From assembly GCF_000009045.1 (NCBI RefSeq), contig NC_000964.3, forward strand, positions 2,460,001-2,492,000: DNA of 32,000 bases. The letters run 5' to 3'. This stretch comes from Bacillus subtilis subsp. subtilis str. 168 (GTDB lineage Bacteria > Bacillota > Bacilli > Bacillales > Bacillaceae). The notes below the pieces were generated by a model, which had not been told where the DNA came from, searched no databases, and worked only from the letters and a program-made list of their open reading frames with translations. Position 1 is the first letter of the stretch, and the number at the start of each line of letters is the position of its first letter. The translations under genes and the position numbers were made by a program. Below, piece after piece: positions 25,641-32,000 of this stretch.

Positions 25641-25680
25641 AAAACCCGATGCGGGAAATCGCACTCGGGTTTTCTTTTTT
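25641..25680. terminator. Bidirectional intrinsic terminator between yqjF and yqjE
   Basis: AAAACCCGATGCG pairs with CGCA(C)TCGGGTTTT, followed by CTTTTTTT. An A-run lies on the other side. Confidence 0.85.
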
Positions 25681-26795
25681 TATTTTGCCGCCTCTTCAAT
25701 AATGGCAACAACCATTTCTGCCGTTTTAACGAGCTCTTCGATCGGCATTTTTTCATTTTTTGTATGGATTTGCTCATAACCGACAGCAAGATTGACCGTC
25801 GGGATGCCATGACCAGCGATTACGTTCGCGTCGCTTCCGCCGCCGCTCGTTTGCAGCTCGCTTGGACGTCCGATTTTAGCAGCCGCTTTTTTCGCGATTT
25901 CAACAACTTGGTCGCCGTCTTGATATTTAAAGCCCGGATACATAACCTCAATTTCGACTTCTGCGCGTCCGCCCATATCAGCAGCTGCCTCTTCAAAAGC
26001 AGCTTTCATTTTTTGAACCTGAGCTTCCATTTTCTCAGGAACTAAAGAGCGCGCTTCAGCAAGAATATGAACTTCGTCGCACACAATGTTTGTTTGTGTG
26101 CCGCCTTCAAACCGGCCGATATTAGCTGTTGTTTCTTCATCGATACGGCCCAATGGCATTTTTGAGATGGCTTTGCTAGCGATTGTAATCGCTGAAATGC
26201 CTTTTTCAGGTTCAACCCCGGCGTGAGCGGTTTTCCCGAAAATTGCCGCTCTTACCTTCGCCTGTGTCGGCGCGGCCACAATGATATTTCCGACTTTTCC
26301 GTCTGAATCAAGAGCATAGCCGTAGGATGCAGTGATCATAGAACGGTCAAGCGCCTTCGCTCCGATCAGACCCGATTCTTCCCCTACTGTGATGATGAAT
26401 TCAATCGTGCCGTGTTCAATATTTTCTTCTTTCAGCACCTTAATCGCCTCAAACATTGCAGCCAATCCCGCTTTATCATCAGCACCTAAAATCGTCGTGC
26501 CGTCAGTTTTGACGTAACCGTTCTCTACAACTGGTTTTACGCCGTTTCCGGGTACAACTGTGTCCATATGAGATGTAAAATAGATCGTATCTGTTTGTTT
26601 TGTCCCTTTTAGCGTGCAAATCAGGTTACCGGCTCCGTGGCCCGTGATATCCATTGTATCGTCTTCTTTAACGTCCACACCTAAATCAGAAAATTTTCGT
26701 TTCAGCACTTTGCAGATTTCAGCTTCGTGCTTTGTTTCTGAGTCAATTTGGACAAGCTCTAAAAATTCTTCCAGCAGGCGTTTTTCATTCACCAT
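25680..26795 (-). CDS. yqjE: M20-family peptidase (tripeptidase/PepT-like)
   Basis: 371 aa with SD GGAGGGA. Metal-binding motifs SHMDTV, GADDKAG and GEESG. Confidence 0.9.
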   Translation of the reverse strand: MVNEKRLLEEFLELVQIDSETKHEAEICKVLKRKFSDLGVDVKEDDTMDITGHGAGNLICTLKGTKQTDTIYFTSHMDTVVPGNGVKPVVENGYVKTDGTTILGADDKAGLAAMFEAIKVLKEENIEHGTIEFIITVGEESGLIGAKALDRSMITASYGYALDSDGKVGNIIVAAPTQAKVRAAIFGKTAHAGVEPEKGISAITIASKAISKMPLGRIDEETTANIGRFEGGTQTNIVCDEVHILAEARSLVPEKMEAQVQKMKAAFEEAAADMGGRAEVEIEVMYPGFKYQDGDQVVEIAKKAAAKIGRPSELQTSGGGSDANVIAGHGIPTVNLAVGYEQIHTKNEKMPIEELVKTAEMVVAIIEEAAK

Positions 26796-26812
26796 TTGTA
26801 AGTCCCTCCATA

Positions 26813-28342
26813 TTAAAGCGGTATGTTACCGTGCTTTTTTTTCGGTCTCTCTTCTGTCTTATGTGTAAGCATATGAAAAGCTTGAATCAGTCTTCCCCTT
26901 GATTCTTCCGGCAAAATGATGTCATCGACCATTCCACAAGCGGCCGCTTTGTATGGGCCGGCGTTTTGCTTTTTGTATTCAGCAGTTTTTTCGCGTTTCG
27001 TCTTTTGCGGGTCAGCTGAAGCTTTGATTTCCTTTTCATACAAAATCGATGCCGCACCTTCTGGACCCATCACTGCGATTTCAGCATTCGGCCATGCAAA
27101 CACAAGGTCCGCTCCGATCGCTTTGCTGTTCATGGCCACATAGGCGCCGCCGTACGCTTTTCTAATGATGAGTGTGACTTTTGGGACAGTCGCTTCAGCA
27201 TAAGCAAACAATAATTTTGCTCCATGCCTGATGATTCCGTTGTGCTCTTGCTGAATACCCGGCAGAAACCCCGGGACATCTTCGACAGTCAACAGCGGGA
27301 TATCAAATGCGTCACAAAAACGGATGAACCTTGCTGCTTTATCAGCAGCGTCAATCGTCAGGCTTCCCGCCAGATGCTTCGGCTGGCTCGCCACGATGCC
27401 GATTGCTTTTTCACCCAGCCTTGCAAACCCAATGACAATGTTCTTCGCAAAAAATGGCTGAATCTCAAAAAAAGACTGCGGGTCAGCCAGCTCCCTAATC
27501 ACCTTCCGAACATCATAAGGCTTTGTCGTATCAGCAGGGACAAGACGGTTTAATAACGGTCTGGACGCCTCTTTCTCTGGCTTCGGCTCTGTTGTCCGGC
27601 CATTCAGCGGCAAATAAGACAGTAGTTTTCTCACCCCTGTCAGAACCTCCTTCTCCGTATGCCCGGAAAAGTGGGCGTTTCCGCTGACGGCATTATGTAT
27701 CCCCGCTCCGCCTAAGCTCTCCGCATCAACCTGTTCCCCTGTCACTTTTTCAATCACCTTCGGGCCGGTAATAAACATCCGGCCAGTCTGTTCAGCCATA
27801 AATATAAAATCTGTGAGTGCCGGAGAATATACAGCGCCTCCAGCGCACGGCCCTAAAATAACCGATATTTGCGGAATGACTCCGGAATATAAGACGTTTC
27901 GGTAAAATATGTGACCGTATCCATCTAATGATAACACACCCTCTTGAATTCTCGCACCACCTGAGTCATTCAGCCCGATAATCGGCGCCTTATTTTTTGC
28001 TGCCAGATCCATCAAAGCGCAGATTTTCCTGGCATGGGTTTCGCCAAGCGCCCCTCCGTACACTGTGAAGTCTTGCGCAAATACATAAACTGAGCGACCG
28101 TCAATTGTGCCGTACCCTGTCACGACCCCATCCCCTAACATGCGCTGTTCTCTTGTTAACACTTGACTTTCCATGAAGGGGTGTAATTCGATAAAGCTGT
28201 CCTGATCTAGAAGAAATATGATCCTTTCCCGAGCAGTGAGCTTGCCCTTTTGCCGCTGCTGAGCCAGCTTTTCCCGTCCTCCGCCTTCTTCTGCCTGCTT
28301 GCGTTTCGTGTAAAAATGATCCATGTGCTCATTCATGCTCAT
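26813..28342 (-). CDS. yqjD: Acyl-CoA carboxyltransferase (propionyl-CoA carboxylase beta chain / methylmalonyl-CoA decarboxylase alpha-like)
   Basis: The track ORF reaches 28366. I trimmed it to ATG 28342 (509 aa; ATG 28336 is an alternative), with SD AAAGGAGA (28351-28358) at 8 nt spacing. Full-length carboxyl-transferase N and C domains. Confidence 0.9.
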   Translation of the reverse strand: MSMNEHMDHFYTKRKQAEEGGGREKLAQQRQKGKLTARERIIFLLDQDSFIELHPFMESQVLTREQRMLGDGVVTGYGTIDGRSVYVFAQDFTVYGGALGETHARKICALMDLAAKNKAPIIGLNDSGGARIQEGVLSLDGYGHIFYRNVLYSGVIPQISVILGPCAGGAVYSPALTDFIFMAEQTGRMFITGPKVIEKVTGEQVDAESLGGAGIHNAVSGNAHFSGHTEKEVLTGVRKLLSYLPLNGRTTEPKPEKEASRPLLNRLVPADTTKPYDVRKVIRELADPQSFFEIQPFFAKNIVIGFARLGEKAIGIVASQPKHLAGSLTIDAADKAARFIRFCDAFDIPLLTVEDVPGFLPGIQQEHNGIIRHGAKLLFAYAEATVPKVTLIIRKAYGGAYVAMNSKAIGADLVFAWPNAEIAVMGPEGAASILYEKEIKASADPQKTKREKTAEYKKQNAGPYKAAACGMVDDIILPEESRGRLIQAFHMLTHKTEERPKKKHGNIPL

Positions 28343-28751
28343 TGTGTTGGTCTCCTTTCGGTTCACAAAGCTCTACAAGAACACCGTTTGTTTCCCGAGG
28401 GGAAATAAACGCGATCTTTTTCCCGTTCGCTCCCTGTCTTGGAAACCTGTCAATCAATTGAACATGCTGATCAGACAATGCTTGAAGCTGTTCAGATAGG
28501 CAGTTGCACAAAAACGCAATATGATGCAGTCCCTGCCCTTTCTTCTCCAAAAATAAATGGACGGGGCTGTCAGCTGTCAACGGCTCTATCAGCTCAAGTT
28601 TGACGCTACCAGCTTGAAAAAAAGCAACATTCACCTTTTGCTCTTCAACCGTTTCTTGATGAAGAAATGCAAGCCCCAATACATTTTCATAAAAGCTTCT
28701 TGCATCTTTTATCGAAAAAACGGCTATCCCGATATGGTCAAGCCTGTTCAT
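28329..28751 (-). CDS. yqjC: VOC-family methylmalonyl-CoA epimerase-like protein
   Basis: Track ORF is 28329-28757. The second ATG at 28751 (140 aa) has better spacing to CAGGG. N-terminus RLDHIGIAV is typical of epimerases. The 3' end overlaps the yqjD start by 14 nt. Confidence 0.8.
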   Translation of the reverse strand: MNRLDHIGIAVFSIKDARSFYENVLGLAFLHQETVEEQKVNVAFFQAGSVKLELIEPLTADSPVHLFLEKKGQGLHHIAFLCNCLSEQLQALSDQHVQLIDRFPRQGANGKKIAFISPRETNGVLVELCEPKGDQHNEHE

Positions 28752-28782
28752 TTTCATCCCTGCTTTCGCTAATAGATATCGC

Positions 28783-28811
28783 TTGTCCGCCCATTCAAAA
28801 CACGCTAAAAT
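28783..28811 (+). promoter_or_regulatory. Candidate sigma-A promoter for the 30-aa micro-ORF
   Basis: TTGTCC (28783-28788), 17 nt spacer, TAAAAT (28806-28811). Confidence 0.45.
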
Positions 28812-28840
28812 ATAGACAGATTGTTTAAGGAGTGAAAATC

Positions 28841-28933
28841 ATGTCTCAAAAACTGATGAAAAGCGTTTTGATCGTGATTTTGGGAGTTTTTATTCTTTCA
28901 ACTGTACTCTCAGGAATCGTCATGTTTCTATAA
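28841..28933 (+). CDS. Candidate 30-aa hydrophobic micro-protein (single TM helix)
   Basis: Not in the ORF track because it is under 60 aa. ATG 28841 is preceded by AAGGAG (28827-28832) at 8 nt. Translation: MSQKLMKSVLIVILGVFILSTVLSGIVMFL-stop. It has its own promoter-like hexamers and a downstream hairpin. Confidence 0.5.
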   Translation: MSQKLMKSVLIVILGVFILSTVLSGIVMFL

Positions 28934-28936
28934 CGA

Positions 28937-28980
28937 TAAAAAAGCAGGCGCCTTATTCAATGGGAATATCCTGCTTTTTT
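28937..28980. terminator. Interrupted hairpin terminator shared by the micro-ORF and yqjB
   Basis: AAAAAAGCAGG (28938-28948) pairs with CCTGCTTTTTT (28970-28980). An inner stem pairs TATTC with GAATA. The yqjB stop codon lies in the internal loop. Confidence 0.55.
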
Positions 28981-29483
28981 ATCAGAGCTTTATGCTCGAT
29001 GGCAATCTCCTCAAAAGAGCGGTTGTCGTCCGTGATCAGCACTCTCGTTCCTACTGGTATCGTTTGAAACAAATGAACAACCTCATCGTTATGCATACGT
29101 ATACAGCCGTTAGACACAAATTTTCCTACTGATTCCTCTCGGTTTGTCCCATGAATTCCATAAATCCGCCCGTCCGTTCCTTTCGCGTCAAATCCGATCC
29201 ATCTTGCCCCAAGCGGGTTATCAGGAGATCCCCCTTCAATATTTTTCTTTCTGTAGTAAGGATTTTCCGCTTTTACCGTTACCGAAAACTCTCCTTCAGG
29301 CGTCAAATCATCTGTTTTTCCAGTCGCCACACTATACACGCCTTCTACTTTGTTGTCGAGGATAACAGCAAGTTCATTTGTTCGCTTGTTGACAATAACA
29401 TACGGATCACCCGGCAGCGGATTTTCGCCGAGCGGCCAAATCGGTGAAATCATCATGAAAATCGAACATAAGAAAAAACGCAT
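28953..29483 (-). CDS. yqjB: Secreted L,D-transpeptidase (YkuD-fold)
   Basis: The track ORF reaches 29513. I trimmed it to ATG 29483 (176 aa), with SD AAAGGAGGAG at 29487-29496. N-terminal signal sequence. Catalytic motif HGT...SNGCIRM. Confidence 0.85.
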   Translation of the reverse strand: MRFFLCSIFMMISPIWPLGENPLPGDPYVIVNKRTNELAVILDNKVEGVYSVATGKTDDLTPEGEFSVTVKAENPYYRKKNIEGGSPDNPLGARWIGFDAKGTDGRIYGIHGTNREESVGKFVSNGCIRMHNDEVVHLFQTIPVGTRVLITDDNRSFEEIAIEHKALIKKQDIPIE

Positions 29484-29534
29484 AAGCTCCTCCTTTTTCA
29501 TTAGGTTGACCAATGAAGGAAGAGCTCATGCGAA

Positions 29535-30503
29535 TCATCCGAGTGATTTTTGCGCTTTTATTCCTTTAAAATAACTTTTAATCACTAAATATTGTTCCAT
29601 TTCGCCGAGAAGATGGAAGAGAGCGGCCCTCGCTTCAAATTCCTCTCTAGTCGCAGGAAGCGGCATCTCCTCAAATTCTTTTCTCATGTCAGCAAGTCTT
29701 TTCAGAAATTTGTATGCTGTATTCCCAGGGTGTATCGCCTCCCGCAAATCATGAATAAATTCAGCGATCATTTTTCCCTGATCTACCGTGATGGAGATCG
29801 ATGTCACTTTAGGGAGAAGGCGTTCGATAATTTCAAATTGCTTTTCTCTCATTTTAAAATAATGATAATGCAGATTTTCATAACGCAAAATGTGGTTTTG
29901 CACATCTCGATATGCCAGGTTTTTAGCCTCCGTAATGAGCTGGTGCGTTTCCGGAATTTCTTTTCCTGACCAATCTTGCTCACCAGTTAACAAATACCGT
30001 TCGATTTCTGCAAAAATGACAGCAAAGTTATCCTCTATCTTTTTGCGGTAGGCAATCAGTTTCCGGTCAAGACTAGGCATATACAAGTTCATCAATAGAG
30101 CGACGCCGATGCCAACCGTAATCAGCTGAACTTCATTCCAGATGAAAGTAGGCGTAATGCCGCCGGACATGTATAAATGAAGGATAATAACAGAACTGGT
30201 GACGATACCCTCGTTAATTTTTAACAGAACCGTTATCGGAATGAATATCAAAAGAAGCGCTCCGATCACAAACGGGTGGTAGCCAATAAGCTCGAAAAAG
30301 AGATAAGAAAAAGCAATTGCCAGACAGCATGCCGAAAAGCGGGCCCATGAGGCCTGAAGCGACCGTTTTTGTGTGATTTGTATGCACAAAATGGTGATGA
30401 TTCCTGCTGATGCGAAGTTTTGCAAATGCAATAACTGGCTTATATAAATAGCCAAAGCTGTTCCAAGCGCGGTCTTTATTGTGCGGTAACCAATTTTAAA
30501 CAT
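29535..30503 (-). CDS. yqjA: Integral membrane protein, aromatic-acid-exporter/FUSC-like (UPF0421) family
   Basis: The track ORF reaches 30533. I trimmed it to ATG 30503 (322 aa) with weak SD TGGAG. The N-terminal half has about 5 TM helices and the C-terminal half is a soluble helical domain. Confidence 0.8.
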   Translation of the reverse strand: MFKIGYRTIKTALGTALAIYISQLLHLQNFASAGIITILCIQITQKRSLQASWARFSACCLAIAFSYLFFELIGYHPFVIGALLLIFIPITVLLKINEGIVTSSVIILHLYMSGGITPTFIWNEVQLITVGIGVALLMNLYMPSLDRKLIAYRKKIEDNFAVIFAEIERYLLTGEQDWSGKEIPETHQLITEAKNLAYRDVQNHILRYENLHYHYFKMREKQFEIIERLLPKVTSISITVDQGKMIAEFIHDLREAIHPGNTAYKFLKRLADMRKEFEEMPLPATREEFEARAALFHLLGEMEQYLVIKSYFKGIKAQKSLG

Positions 30504-30534
30504 GTCGGACTCCATTTCTATTTGTTTCTTCAAT

Positions 30535-30568
30535 AAAAAAGAAGAGGCGGCCAGCCTTCTTCTTTTTT
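30535..30568. terminator. Intrinsic terminator after artM
   Basis: AAAAAAGAAGAGGC pairs with GCCTTCTTCTTTTTT (one bulged T, loop GGCCA), with U-tracts on both strands. Confidence 0.8.
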
Positions 30569-30573
30569 ATATT

Positions 30574-31296
30574 CTATAATATTTTCTCTAAAAAGTCCTG
30601 CGCTCTTTTGGATTTTGGCGACATAAAAAATTCCTTCGGATTGCCGTCTTCGACAATCATTCCTTGGTCCATAAACAGCACACGGTCTGCCACTTCTTTT
30701 GCGAAGCCCATTTCATGTGTGACAATCACCATGGTCATGCCGGTTTCGACCAGCTCTTTCATCACCTGTAGCACTTCTTTGACCATCTCTGGATCAAGGG
30801 CGGAGGTCGGCTCGTCAAACAGCATGATGTCCGGATTCATCGCAAGAGCCCTGGCAATCGCGACACGCTGTTTTTGTCCGCCAGACAAACGGTTTGGATA
30901 GTCATTTCGCTTTTCAAACAAACCGACTTTGCGGAGCAGGTCCTCAGCTTTCTCCTGTGCAGCCTGTTTTGATTCTTTTTTTACATTGACAGGCGCGTAC
31001 ATGATGTTTTCGAGAACCGTTTTGTGCGGAAAGAGATGAAAATGCTGAAAAACCATCCCGATGTTTTCCCGGACCTTTAATGTGTTGGTTTTCGGCTTCG
31101 TAATCTCTGTGTCTTTTATTGTAATGGTTCCGCCGTTAGGCTTTTCCAACAGGTTTAAACAGCGTAAGAACGTTGATTTGCCTGAGCCTGAAGGACCGAT
31201 CACGGCAACAACCTCACCCTCAGCGATTGTTGTTGAAATGTTTTTTAATACTTCGTGTTTCCCAAATGATTTTGACAGCTTTTCAACCTTAATCAT
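30574..31296 (-). CDS. artM: Polar amino acid (arginine) ABC transporter, ATP-binding protein
   Basis: 240 aa. Walker [10 protein letters not shown], signature LSGGQKQR and Walker [13 protein letters not shown]. The start overlaps the artQ stop (ATGATTAA). Confidence 0.95.
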   Translation of the reverse strand: MIKVEKLSKSFGKHEVLKNISTTIAEGEVVAVIGPSGSGKSTFLRCLNLLEKPNGGTITIKDTEITKPKTNTLKVRENIGMVFQHFHLFPHKTVLENIMYAPVNVKKESKQAAQEKAEDLLRKVGLFEKRNDYPNRLSGGQKQRVAIARALAMNPDIMLFDEPTSALDPEMVKEVLQVMKELVETGMTMVIVTHEMGFAKEVADRVLFMDQGMIVEDGNPKEFFMSPKSKRAQDFLEKIL

Positions 31297-31948
31297 TGGA
31301 TTTCAGCTTCCTTTCTACAGCCTTGCCGATAAACGTTAAAATCAGGACAAGCACATAATAAATCAATCCCGCGATAATGAGCGGCTCAAGGTAATTGTAA
31401 GTGGCGGCGCCAGCTTGATATGCGCGTCTCATGACATCACCAAGCCCGATGACGGTGACGATCGCCGATTCTTTTGTTAACGTAATTAATTCATTCACAA
31501 TTGCAGGTGATATATTTTTGAAGGCCTGCGGCAGCAGCAGATCCTTCATCATTTTTCCATACGGGACACCGAGTGCAACAGCAGCTTCTTTTTGCCCTTT
31601 ATCAATGGCATTGATTCCGGCTCTGATAATTTCCGATACATAAGCGGCGGAATTCAAAGACAATGCGACAACCGCAGCCCAAAACTGGTCAATTTGAAAT
31701 CCGAGCAGCTGAGGAAGGCCAAAATAGACAATCATAAGCTGCAGCACTAAAGGCGTGCCTCGGAACACTGATGTATAAAAATCAGCGATCCAGATAAACG
31801 GGCGGAATGTGCTGATCTTGCATAAGCTTAGCACAATACCGAGTATAAGTCCGATAATAGCAGATACAACAACAATTTTTAATGTAATTGCCAAGCCTTC
31901 TAATATAAAAGGAATTTGGGGGATCGTTGCTGAAAAATCCAAATTCAT
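31289..31948 (-). CDS. artQ: Polar amino acid (arginine) ABC transporter, permease
   Basis: 219 aa in the His/Glu/Gln/Arg permease family. EAA-like loop [24 protein letters not shown] upstream. Confidence 0.95.
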   Translation of the reverse strand: MNLDFSATIPQIPFILEGLAITLKIVVVSAIIGLILGIVLSLCKISTFRPFIWIADFYTSVFRGTPLVLQLMIVYFGLPQLLGFQIDQFWAAVVALSLNSAAYVSEIIRAGINAIDKGQKEAAVALGVPYGKMMKDLLLPQAFKNISPAIVNELITLTKESAIVTVIGLGDVMRRAYQAGAATYNYLEPLIIAGLIYYVLVLILTFIGKAVERKLKSND

Positions 31949-31984
31949 AGCCTTTGTCTCCTTTTCTTACAGGAAAAAAGTTTC

Positions 31985-32000
31985 CTATTCAATAAAAAGG
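31985..32000 (-). CDS. artP: Possible last codons of the upstream substrate-binding protein gene
   Basis: The minus-strand frame ends LFIE-TAG at 31985-31987. Only about 16 nt are visible, so the call rests on the remembered artP-artQ-artM order. Another frame ends at TGA 31989-31991. Confidence 0.25.

Noticed and set aside
24426-26045. ORFs 24426-24830 (-), 25545-26045 (+) and 25610-25810 (-).
   Set aside because: They are antisense to yidC2, yqjF or yqjE, cross strong terminators and have no SD.
29592-29969. 125-aa plus-strand ORF antisense to yqjA. The ORFs at 29144-29447 antisense to yqjB are similar.
   Set aside because: No SD is present, and they are embedded in well-supported minus-strand genes.
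1-32000. Searched the window for CRISPR repeats, tRNA/rRNA genes, transposases, integrases, phage genes, long direct or inverted repeats and compositional islands.
   Set aside because: None found. Gene content and order are those of a conserved core region, and no repeat family longer than short hairpins was seen by eye.

Overview
The window reads as a conserved, gene-dense Bacillus subtilis 168-type core chromosome segment, the yqk-yqj-art region running yqkF to artQ. I identified it from the translated proteins and from remembered gene order, and no database was searched. About 38 protein genes cover roughly 88% of the sequence. They are mostly housekeeping or metabolic: coaA, dsdA, proI, namA, rnz, zwf, gndA, yidC2, artQM and two Y-family DNA polymerases. 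I found no tRNA or rRNA genes, CRISPR array, transposase, integrase, phage genes or compositional island, and I see no convincing novel multi-gene defence or mobile system. The interesting content is regulatory or concerns small genes. (1) A ribosomal protein L33 paralogue (rpmGC) is broken by a 1-nt frameshift and so is missing from the ORF track, yet it keeps a consensus promoter and a perfect Zur-box palindrome. (2) The mifM arrest-peptide uORF has a stop region that pairs with the yidC2 Shine-Dalgarno (SD). (3) polY2-yqjX forms an SOS module with two LexA boxes. (4) A proline (CCU) T-box leader precedes proI. (5) A 30-aa hydrophobic micro-ORF below the track cutoff has its own promoter, SD and terminator. 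(6) A translationally coupled five-gene cluster of unknown function (GNAT, ABM, GNAT-GrpB fusion, HesB-like, small protein) runs from yqjY to yqkC. (7) An SD-sequestering hairpin lies in front of the L,D-transpeptidase gene yqjB. (8) A ~550-bp ORF-poor gap sits upstream of the MFS transporter yqjV. Several long ORFs in the track were trimmed to internal starts using SD position and neighbour overlaps. All gene symbols come from memory and need confirmation.
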